DNA of 64,000 nucleotides, taken from positions 3,987,260 to 4,051,259 of the forward strand of contig CM119267.1 of NCBI GenBank assembly GCA_051294375.1. The letters are read 5' to 3'. Source of the DNA: Paraspadella gotoi. Lineage: Eukaryota > Animalia > Chaetognatha. The notes under the pieces are model-generated. The model was given only the letters and a program-made list of their open reading frames with translations. It was not told where the DNA came from and searched no databases. Shown piece after piece: positions 30,746 to 42,215 of this stretch. Numbering within the stretch: position 1 is the first letter of the stretch; every line of letters begins with the position of its first letter. The position numbers and the translations under genes were made by a program.

Positions 30746-32839
30746 TCAGTAAAATTTGATCTTTTTGGCGATGGGTTTTCTGCAGGAGTGACAGAGCCGC
30801 ATCTTGGTGGAGCATTCTGTGCAGGTGGTGTGGCCGCAGTCGAAGACGATGGCCTTGGGTCGATCCATGCAGACGGCGCATGTTTTCTCTTCCGCGAATT
30901 TCTCCTTCTCCAGTTGCAGTTGGGCCAACTCTTCCGCGATCCGCTTGGAGTCGTCTTCCTGCACTTTGCCCGATTCGCCCTTTATGGAGAAATGGGAATT
31001 TATTATTTTACTGGACCTATTTTCGTTTTGTTAATACAAAAATACCCCAAAAAAATCTAAATTTCTCTAGTAAATTATTTTTAAGTTGAATTTTGGCTTG
31101 TAAAATTGGAATTCTGCCGTCGAAATTTAAATAATAATTGCATTAGTTTTTAGTTTTTAGTAATTTCCTAAAATAATTTTTTTAAATATTAAATATCAAA
31201 TATCAACGTTTACGATATGAAAAACTTTTTTATAAGAGTAAGATTATCACGAATTTGAAAATTTTCAGAAAAATTTAAGTTAAGCCTACTTCCGATCCCA
31301 AAATATTGACATCTTTTTTAAAAAATACAGTTTTTAATTAAAAAAAATATATAAGGTATAATTAGTATCAAACTTGTATCTCTGACCTTCGTATCGAGAA
31401 TAACGTCGACCTTCTTCTCGATCCCTTTGCCGCATTTGCACTTCTTCCATCTGGTGCAACAATCTGCGCACGCGTACTGATGATGACAAGGGTGGAACTG
31501 GATGTGAGCGGGCGACTCTTCGCAGAACGAGCAGCGCTCGAGCTCCGTACGAAACGCCTCGCGGAGGAAGGCGATGATCTTTTGCGGCGCCCGAGTTGAG
31601 TAGGCGATGTCCAGAGCCGATCGGCCTTCGTCGTCTCGGTCGCAGACCTTTTTAAGGGGAGTGGTAGACGTTTTTAAATGGTCTTAGTTTTTGTTGTTTT
31701 TTTTTGTTTAAGGGGATAGGGGGTCATCAATTATTTGTTTATCCTTCCCTTCGCAGGGAAAAGACCGATTGATGGATCTGATTTTAACCAAATGTATCAA
31801 AGTCGGTCTTATTTTTCCATAACGCCCCATTTCATTTAAAATTTCGAATTAAGTTAATTTTTAGGTTGAAAGATTAAGCTAGAAGTTAGGGTTGGGAATA
31901 AGGTTTAGGGATTAAGGCTAGAGACTAGGGATGAGGATTAGGGGACTAAGATTAGGAACAGAACTAAGGTGCTTTTGGAAAATTGGTCTCCTCCTCACCT
32001 TAAGCCCCTTTTCGATGGCGAACTTGAGACAGGCCGTCTTGCGGTACTGGACGGCGCGATGGAGGATGGTCTGTCCGTTATCCCGCTTGGCGTTGATGTC
32101 GGCCCCGTTGCTGAGGAGATACTCGAGCGGCTCGATCTCGTCGCAGAGAGCGGCGTAGCAAAGGGGCGTGGCTCCTTCGTTATCGCGGTCGTTGACGTCG
32201 ATCCCGTGGCGAACGGCGAAGTTGATCCCGCTGACGTTGCCGCCCGCCGCCGCGTGGTGGAGGATTGACTCGCCCATGTCGCCGCGGCCGGCGAGGTCGG
32301 CGCCGTGCTGCGAGGGGTTGGAGGTTTGGGGGGGAGGAGGTGGGGGGTGGTTAGAGGGGTGGGCGGGGAGGAGGAAGAGGTGGAGGAAGAGAGATAGGAG
32401 GAAAGAATGAAGGAAAGAAAGAAAGAAAGAAAAAGAAAGAAAGAAAAAAATGACGCATCATGAGGGAGGAAAAGGAGGAAAACACATTGAAAGAGAAAGG
32501 AAAAAGGAAAAATATACATAAAAAGCAAATAAATAAATAAATTTTTAAAAAATGTAAAGCGGAAACAAAAGAAAAATAGTAAAATGGGGGACAAAAAAGA
32601 AGGGAGTGATATAGAAAAAAAATAATAAAAGGAAGTAAATAAAAAAGAAAATTAAAAGGAGAAAAAAAAAGGATAAAAGACAGACGGACGGACGGACGGA
32701 CGGATTGCATCAAAACAAAAGATAAATCAATTCGAGTTTAATCTATCAAACCGAAAACAACAAACTAAATAACTCAAGGGAAAAAACACAACCAAAAAAA
32801 AATTTTTTGAAACAAACGATATTCAACCATTATTTTTTT

Positions 32840-32875
<36 letters not shown>

Positions 32876-35800
32876 CGCTTTCGTCTACGTACTCTTTTCT
32901 TTCTTTCCGTTAGATCTTTTCTGTCTTCTCCTTCTCTTGTCTTTCGACTTTCGTTTTCAGTTGATTTATTTCTTCTTTTTTTTAGTTTTCTTTTTTGTTA
33001 CCTTCTCTTGTCTTTGTCTTTCTTTCTTTCTTTCCTTTTCGCTTCATTTGCCTTATCTTGTCCTTGATCCGGCTCAAATTTTCCTTTCCACCAATCGAAC
33101 TCATAACTCTCCGCTATCTCTCTCTCTCTCTCATCTCATCTCTCATCACTCCTCTCTCTCTCATCCTCTCTCTCTCTCTCCCGTTTCAGTTCCGCAAATC
33201 CTATTCCCTCTTTTACCATCCTCCCTCCTCCCCTTTCTTCCCTTTCTCCCCTCCTCCCCCCCACCTTGACCAAAAACTCCATGAGCGCCTCGCTCTTGGA
33301 TCGGTCGCAGGCGGCGTGGAGGGCGGTGTAGCCTCGAGACTCTCGCAGATTGAGGTCGGCGTCGAAGGCGGTCAGAACGCGGACGACGTTGAAGCGGGCG
33401 TTCCAACAGGCGTAGTTAAGGGCGGAGATACCGTGTTCGTCCAGGTGGTTGACGGGAACGCCTGGTCGGTCGTTTTTCTTGGTCTATTTAATTTGACTGA
33501 TTTTGTTGTTATCTCTGATGTTGTAGTAAATAATAATACTAAGAAGTAATTATTAACCTTCTGTTGTATAATTCTAGAAGGCATCACTAAACCTCTCTCT
33601 CCCTCTCAGATATTCACAAATATTCTGAAGGTGATTAATATTAAATTTAATTGTTCGAATATTAAAATTCAAACAATTTTCTTTGATTTTTTTCTCAAAT
33701 TTGTTTTTTTCATTACAATTGTATTTTCTGGTATTTAAAAAAAAAACAAATTTAAAAGTATAGTAAAACAAGTAATCTCATAACTTTTATTAATAATATT
33801 CATTTAAAATTCATTAAAATTCATATTTTCTCGCATTTTTTCTCCTCTTTCGCCTGCTCGTCTCCTTCCTTCGACTTGGCTCTTGAATAATCCGCTTATT
33901 TATTCAGTCTCGTCTCTCCGACTCTCTCCCTCTCTGTCTCTATCTTTGTTCAAGGATTTTTGAATAGATTACTTTTTCATGAGTTATGACATAATAAGCT
34001 TTTTTTTCTTTTTCTTTCTTTCCGTATATATACATCCCTTTTTCATTGTATTTTTTTTTCTTTTTTATTTTGTCTTCTGTTTATTTCGCAAAGTAACTTG
34101 TTTATAATTTTCTTATTTTTTTTTTTTTAGTACAAAGATCAATCAATCATTAAATCAACAATTCACCCCTGAGCAGAAGATCGATCACTTTTCTCGTGTT
34201 CCCGGCGATGGAAGCCGTGATGAGCTCCTCAGGCGCCGGTGGCGGCCCCTGGTTTTCCTCCATCACTAAGAATAAATAGTAAACATAAACAAAAACAAAC
34301 AAAAGAACACGAATCTTCGTCCGACATTTTGTTCTTCTAAATCGTCGGCGAATCAAATTCGTTCCTGTATTCAAGCGCAAGCGGGATTTGTTTTTTTTGT
34401 TTTAAGTTTTAAAACAAGCGCGATTTCTATTCTTGGGTGTAAATGAAAAAAAATTAAAAAAAACTCTTACTAAATCAGCGGTCGTGATTGAAATTAATGA
34501 TGGGGAGAAAATAAAAAGCGAGTGAGTTTAGTCACGACGTCACGAGAAAGCGAGAGGGTGAGAAAGGGTAAGTTCTGAAAAGGGAGAGGGGGGGAACCAC
34601 TTACGGTCTTCGGCGTCCTCTGAAAGAAAAATAAAGCGACACGATAGATTGTAATAAATGACGAAACAAAATGGCGATGAGGAAAAAAAAGACATTAATA
34701 AAAAAAAAAAAAGGTTTTGCGTTTTAAACTGGATTAAACGCAAAAAGGCCTTTTCCAGCGCGAACGGTTATAACGAGACTTTGAAAAACGGGCTAATATT
34801 GTTTAGAAGTCACGATAAGACAACCAAGAGGAGAAGATATTACTCGTTTTAACCGAGCCGTTCTCGTTAGAAACGTTCGAAATTTATAATTTGACATCAA
34901 GTGACTTATACCAGTCAATCGACGCTTAGACAATTAACGAGAAGACTTTCTCTTTCCCCACCTCTACTTAACCCCAACACCTCCCCCCCGCGCCCCTTAC
35001 CCGATTCCATGACGAGACTCTCCATATGCGCGGGCGGCCCCATCGAATCCGGCCCGGGCGGCTTCAAATTTCGTCCGCACGTGCTGCAGAATTTCCAGGA
35101 TGGATGAGTGATGGTCTTGCAGCCGACGTGAGGGCAGCGGGTCACCCCGGCGCCTTCTGGGTTCTTGAGATCGAGCACCGGCGCCCCTTCGATCTCGGCG
35201 CGGGTGGCGACGCCGGAGCCACACTTGCCGCAATGCCCCGCGGTCTCGTTGACGGTGGTGCCGCAACCTTTGCAGCTGACCAACTGGCCGAGTCGAGTCC
35301 CGCAGTTGATGCACTTGAAGGACAAGTAGCTGTTGAGAGCTTTGCATTTCTCGTTAGGGCAAACGCTCTTGCGACTTCGGTTGATGGCGGCCTCGCGGTT
35401 GGACATGGCGGCGGCTTCTGCGGCGGCTGGTGCAGCGGCGGCTAGTGCAGCGGCGGGAGCTGCGGCGGTGGCTCCGTCGGGAGTGCTTTGAGATCTGGAA
35501 AGAGAATTTCCTGCGCCCCCTGCAGCGGAAGCGGCCGTAGAAGCGGGAGATGCAGCGTCGCCAGTGAAACTTCGATCGTTTCCCGCAACAGAGTCTTTAC
35601 GCAAACCGGATGAAGACGCCTTGTCCGGCGTCGAAGCTTCTGTCGACGGCGTCGGCGGCGTCGATGACTCGTCGAGCGACACCGACTTTGGAAGCTTCTT
35701 CTTCCTAAAATGCTTCAAATACGGCGCCGCTGATTTCCCGAGCAGCAACTCCTCTTCTTTGGACTTTTTCTTCTTCCTCGCTGGCGCCGGCGCCGCCTCC

Positions 35801-36630
35801 GCTGCCTCGGCGCCTCGCGCTTCCTCCGTCGACGTATGAATGGAACCGCGGCGCTGATTTCCTCCTGCGGCGACTTCTACTGTTGCTGCGGCCTCGTTTT
35901 CTTCCGCTGTTGCTGCTGCTGCCGCGGCGGCGTCGTCCTCCTCCGTCGGCGTTCGAACGACGCCGAGATTGTAGAGTTCTTTCCTCCTCGCCGGCGGACC
36001 GAACTTCTCGGCGACGCGGGAGAGAACGGCGGCCTGCAGCGGCTGCTCCAGCAGCTCCTGCTCCGGGGACAGAGGTTGCGGCGCTGCAGCGGCTTCGGCG
36101 GTCTGAGGGTCAGCGGCGGCGGCGACTCCTTCGGGCGCGGGCGTTCCTCCCCCGGAAGCGGTTCCGTTGGTCTCGACGGCGGCGACGCTGTTGGCACGAG
36201 AGAGTCGAGCGACGTCTCGACGAGACGCTGGAGGACCGAAGGTGTCGGACACGCGAGAGAGAACGCTGGCGGCGACGGGGGCGGCTTCAGCGGGGGACGC
36301 CGCGGAATCGTTCGTCGACGCCGAGGAGGCGTTAGAGGCCGAAGGTGCGTCGGTCGGCGGCGGAGAGACCGCCGAGACGCTCGTCGATCTCGAAAGCGGC
36401 GGCCGCGGGGCGCGAGGCGCTCGAGTCCCGAATTTAGAGATTCGATCGAAGAGGGCGTCGTTGGTAGGAGGGGGAGATGTGGAGGTGGAGATGGAGGTGG
36501 AGCGGGGCGGGGCGTGGAGGCGGGGGTCTCGGTGAAAGTCGAAATACCCGGCATTGAGGAGAGGATCGTCGACCAGGAGAGGCGACGGACTGGGTTTGAG
36601 AGGAGAGAGAGAGAGAGAGAAAAGAAGAAG

Positions 36631-36693
<63 letters not shown>

Positions 36694-37459
36694 TCAGTAG
36701 GTCAGTAGTCAGTCAGAGAGTGAAAGATAAATAAAAATCATTTTAGCCCAATATCTTAGAATTGAACTGTGAATTTTGATACAATTCCAAATTTTAAAAA
36801 ATCTGCGCTGACCGGCGTTAGATGCTCAGTAGACACGGAGCCCATATACTCGTACTCTTCTTGGGCTTTCGGCGCCGCGGATGTAGTAGAAGATTTCGTC
36901 GATGAATTTGCTGTAGTTGCTGTAGAAGTCGCGGACGCTGCGGACGCGGACGCGGAAACGGCGGCGCTCAAGTCGGACGTCGGGCCCAAGTCGGTGTGAC
37001 CGCCGGTTCCTCGGTGGCGCTCTCGACGAGAAGCTCAAACGAAGAGGCTTCTTCGGCGGCGACGAGGGATTGGACGCGTCCGAAGTTGAAGACGCATTGG
37101 AGGCGGCGAAAGGAAGCGACGAAGATGTCGGAGGCGGTTGCGGAGAGGTATTTTCTTCGAAAGGATAAGATTGAAGTCGATAGGTGTAACTATTTCGTTA
37201 CGTGAAAAATGTTACAACAATTTAAAACGACGTTCCGTATAAGAAATAGGCATTTATCCTTTAGGATAGTGGATATTGGATAGTGGACGTTATGCACTGA
37301 TTACAATTCACACTTGATCGATCACATCTCATTGTCGGGTCAGTGCGACTTACCTCGATCCTCGGCTTGCTGCTGACGCCTTTCCAAAAGCAGCTTCCTC
37401 TCTTTACGCCTCTCGGCTGTCTTCACGATATCGGCTCTGGAGAAGAACTGACCTGACAT
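30746..37459 (-). CDS. Zinc-ribbon + ankyrin-repeat + two-RING putative E3 ubiquitin ligase (Mind bomb-like C-terminus)
   Basis: Exons approx. 37459-37354, 37156-~36810, 36589-35001, 34619-34605, 34265-34167, 33461-33265, 32307-31999, 31647-31387, 30979-30746. CxxC ribbons (CPNEKC, CINCG, CKGCG, CGKCG, CPHVGC, CSTCG); ankyrin motifs (GYTALHAAC, GATPLCYAA, GQTILHRAV); RING CSFC...PCHHQYACADC; coiled coil; C-terminal RING CAVCMDRPKAIVFDCGHTTCTEC...CHSCRKPI. The low-complexity 5' part needs 1-2 frame corrections. Confidence 0.8.
34605..34619 (-). CDS. 15-nt microexon (EDAED) of the ANK-RING gene
   Basis: ttttctttcag|AGGACGCCGAAGACC|gtaagt; symmetric phase 1. Confidence 0.7.
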
Positions 37460-38259
37460 CGAGGGCGAACTGGAAAAGGTAAGGTTTACGAGCGCTGATG
37501 CTGTTCCGTTTAGTACTAAAATTTGATATTTTTATATTTCAATATGTATTATGTACAATTTTAAACCTCAGCTTCTTGGTTTATATACCTAGTCCTAGGT
37601 AAAGCTAAAGCTGCGTGTATGATAAACGATACTCACACAATCAGACATCATAGGAAACGTTAAAATATTTCCCAAAAAATTATTAGACATAGTTTTTCTA
37701 ATTCACATTGCGCTGAGGAAGACTCGAAAAAAGATTCGAAACATTTCCTTCTAACAATAATATTCGTTGTTTGTAAACAAAAACAAACTTTGTTTTCTCT
37801 TTTAGAAAGTTTGCTTAAATTGCTTAAAGTAAAAAAACAACGATTACGAAAAATCCCGTGATTTACCTGAGAAAATCGGGAAGAATTTTCAACAAGGACA
37901 AAATGAAAATGACGAAAACGACGAGAGAAAGAAAATCACAAAGGAACGGCAGGATTGGTTGTCTGGCTTTTCTTTTTTTTGAGCAAATTTGTTTTCAGGC
38001 GTGTTTCGGTTGGTTTTTTTTTTTGGGTTTTGTTTTTGTGTCCAAATATTTAAAACAAACAAACGAGCAGATTTGAAATAAAACTTTCAATTGTACATGC
38101 ACGGCAGACGTTATATGTCTATCTACGCTAATAATTTCTACGTTACAGTTTTTCCCTTTCTTTCTGCGTCGGCCGTTGGGGTCGCGAGCAAAAACTCGCC
38201 CACCAAACAGTCACTCATCTCTCATGGGGCTGAGATCATTATTTGTGCAAAGTGAAACT

Positions 38260-38353
<94 letters not shown>

Positions 38354-39107
38354 TAAAAATTTGAAAAGAGCGAGAGCGAGAGGTTGACAGGTGAGCGGTC
38401 TTTCAAAACGACGCGAAGGGGGAAGGGGAAAGGAGAAAGGGGGGAGGGGGAGATTTGGGAATGAATGTGAATCAACGATGACGAACGAAAAATCGAATGC
38501 CGAATCTCGACCAATGAGGGATCGAGACGGACGATGAATTGAGATTAAGTAGCCAATCGTTGATTATTATAATTAATGATTCAAAAGATGACGACTGAAT
38601 GCGAACGTTGTGCTCACGTTAAAATCATTTTAACATCTCCGTGCCCATTGCCACATTTCTACATTTCTTGTTAAGATTGAAATAAATGATACATTTTGGT
38701 TAGCTAAACAACGATGTACGTTAAGAAATAGTATACCGAACTCATGCGTGATAATTTAGATAAACAGACTAAAATCTACACAAATTAGTATAACCAATCC
38801 ATGAATGAATATTGAACTCTGGAAGCAATTTCTAATTTTCAATTAATTGTAAAAACTGTTTAACGACCGACCAATGAGCGAAGTTCTTAATTTCTAAACG
38901 ACCAATCAGGGAGCGCGGCGAAATCGGTTGGTGGGGGTTTTTGTCTTTCAGGGAAATGTCGATAGTTCGAGTTAGACGTCGCGTTTTAATTTTCTCAGAT
39001 TCTGAAGGACGGACAAAATTATGATTTAAAATATTTTAATTACTGTCTGAGATTAGATATATTTTGACAATATCTACTTTAACAATTAATGCTTTTATAA
39101 ATGTAAT

Positions 39108-39152
39108 TTACACTGATGAAGGTCTGAAATTAAGACCGAAACATGTCTGTGA
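39108..39152 (+). ncRNA. Minimal type I hammerhead ribozyme (Penelope-like element pLTR type)
   Basis: ttaca-CTGATGA-a-ggtct-gaaatta-agacc-GAAA-catg-TC-tgtga: complete catalytic core, stem II GGTCT/AGACC, palindromic minimal stem III, and stem I closing across the GUC cleavage site. Confidence 0.8.
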
Positions 39153-40889
39153 TTTTTTCATTAAAAACTTCGTTGTGAAAACGAAGAAAACTTTTCTCAT
39201 CTCAAAAGCTTTTGGGATAACATTGTATTTTATCAGAACAAGAAGGTTCGCTCCGTAGCCACAAGAGTACGATGTTTATTAATTCCTTAGTTACAACTAA
39301 AAAGTTTGTTTTTTTGTTTATTACCCAATCGTGCGAGTGACGATGAATACAACTGTCTCTTTAAAGAAAGAATGGACATACACAGCGATATACATAACAT
39401 TATCACAATTTTTAAACAATTTTAAACAATTTTAATCATAAGCATTGTATGTACGTGTTCGTCCTGAAAATATTGTTTCCGCCCAAGAAACTTTCGTATT
39501 TTTCGCTCGACATGATTTGTGATTTGACATTATTTGACAAAGGGAACAGAAAATCGAAGTCTCGGACAATGAAAGCCGAAGTAGGAAGAAAAAGAAGAAA
39601 AAAGAAAGACTGAGAAGAAATGACCGAACAAGAAGAAAATGTATCCGTGGAGGAAACGGCCATTTGGGGGAAATGGGAAGGGAGAGAGAAAGAAAGATTG
39701 ATGAATAGCAGCAGAGTAGGGACAAGAGACTAATGGATCATATAAAAATATTACACTTAGTCAAGTATATTAAAACAAAAGTTCAAGAAGCTGCGCTGAG
39801 AAAAAAAAAGAATAAAAGTATACAGCAGCCAAGGTAAGATTCAAAGAAGGCCAGAAATTAAAGTACTGTACATTACTTTTTTGTCATACGTAATATACCT
39901 TTCGACCTATCCTCATGTCTTTTTTAGAATTTTTTAAAGATACGAAAAAAGGAAGGAAAAAAGAAAGAAAAAAAAGGGGGAAAAAAAGAAAACCGGGAAA
40001 GAAATGGAATCAACGGAGCGAAAGAAAGAAAACGAGAGAAAATCGACGAAGAGGAAAAGAAAAAAAGAGAAAAGATGAATGAGAAAAGCGAGAAAAACAT
40101 TACGGTTATTATTTTCCTGTCAAACCGAGAAATATCGCAATCATGACTTCTTTTTTTGTTTTTTGTTGCGTGACTGAGTTTGACGGAGAGTGGGACCGTT
40201 ACGGTCCATTATATCCGGTTTCGACCCATAACGAGACGGTTTAGGATTACGTTTTGCCCTCTGAGAAAATCGTCCATGACTTTGGAGCTCGATGAGTTGG
40301 AACTTAGATCGTGAGTAAAAGATAATTTTTTTTTTAAGTACTGCGCTCTTAAGTTTAACATAGAAACTCTCCTCAAATAAATTTTATCATTTCCTATTTT
40401 CCTAAAGTTTTTACTACGCGTTACAGGCCAAATTTTACTGACCAATGCATATCTGGATGAAATATTAATTTCATTAAAGTTAAAGTTTATTTCTAAATCT
40501 GAAAGTGTCATTTTAGCTACAATAGAAACAATCTAACTTGTTGCATAAAAAAATGATTTAAATCATATTCGGGACAGAATTTGTATTCAAAAAAATAAAC
40601 TTCAAAAGGAATACGTTATTACAAAATGAAAATCAACGCTAATAGTAATAACCACTTTAAAGGAGACAAAAATGGAAATCACATGGAAAGGAGTCCATTT
40701 TAATTCCCGTTTTCTCTCTCTATGTCTCTCTCCTCTCTCTCTCTGTCTCTCTCGTCCCGAAAGCTAAAAGAATCTGAAGACCCTCTCCCACCTAAATCAA
40801 TTATATTTATGACCTGATTTAAGCTGACCCCTTATGTACGATCCGAAGAGATATTAGTACTCATCACAACGCCTCTCTCTATCCCTCTC

Positions 40890-42132
40890 TCAAGACTTCC
40901 ATCGCTCCGCCAAGAGGTCCACCTTGAAGCCCAATTCCTCCGTAGCCTCCAAGACTTCGTCCGCGCCTCCGCCGGCCTCCTTCCGCATCTCGATCAACTC
41001 TTTGGGCAGTTGACATCCCGAGTCCATGAAGTCGAGGAACTTTTGCCCATCGAGTCGCACGTTGTGCGTTCGCAGGAAGACCGTCAGAGCGTCGCGCTCC
41101 GACTTTTTCATGAAGACGGGATTGCGCCTAAGCATCGCTGGGCGGCCCGTCAACTCCTCATAGACCTTCTTGGTCTCATACTTCAGATTCTCGTGGACCT
41201 CAGCGTTGTCGGTGGACAGTGGGTTCTCCGTCTCGTAAAAACTCGCGACCCGCTTGGCCCACTGTTTGGACTTGACCGAGGTGTGGTTGGCCAGGCTGCC
41301 ATCCAGGAAGACATATTTGGAGAACTGGGGCGCGTAGCGCGGGAAGTCGACGAACCTTCGCCGGGTCACGTACTCGAGATTGAGCGGATTGAGTCGACCG
41401 CCCTCTTCCTGGTGGTAAGGCTTGACGTGGCCGGGCACCACGCCGCGGTAGGTGTTGTAAGAGTGATACCAATAGCTGGGAGAGTAGTCGTTGTTGTCCA
41501 TGTAGTGCTGATAGCGCCAAGAGAACTTTTTTTCCGGGTAGCGGAGATCCATGTCGTCAAAGGCGTAGATGTACGGGTTGGTGCGACGGTAGGAGGGGAA
41601 CCGGTCCGTACAAAGGCCCATCCAGTCGTTGAAGGTCTTGGTGCGGGCAAGGTCGTCAACCTTGTAACGACGGTACTGATCCAGCTTGAGCTCCTCAAGC
41701 GACATCTCGTTGACGTCGAGGCGCGGATTGAGGGCGCGGTCTTTGCGAAGCTGGGCCCGTTCCGTAGGAGGCATGGCGATCCCGCGGTGCGGCGTCGGCT
41801 TATTGATTGCGCGGCGGAAGGCGTACATGCCCGGATATTTGCGGACCTCGCCGAAGCCGGGACTTTCTAGGATGTCCTGGATGTGCGGCGGGAGGCTGCT
41901 CCATGACGGGTAGACGCAATGGGGCGGTTCGATCTCCTTGGCTCGGCCTTCGGGATCCTTGGCTCGCTTGGCCGCGGCCGCGGCTAGAGCCAACTCTGGG
42001 TGGGTGATCTTGCGGCGAGCCTCGAAGGCTTCGGGAGAGAAGTCGCCCTTTGTGGCACGGTAGAGGTCGCGGCAGTATTGCTCGAAGTCGGCCTCTCGGG
42101 CTTCGGTGCGGAGTACCTGGATGGAGGAACGA

Positions 42133-42215
<83 letters not shown>

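Noticed and set aside
35026-36708. Long plus-strand ORFs overlapping the zinc-ribbon exon, and 41010-41870 overlapping the orphan gene
   Set aside because: They are antisense shadows of GC-rich coding exons, with no domain signal or splice support.
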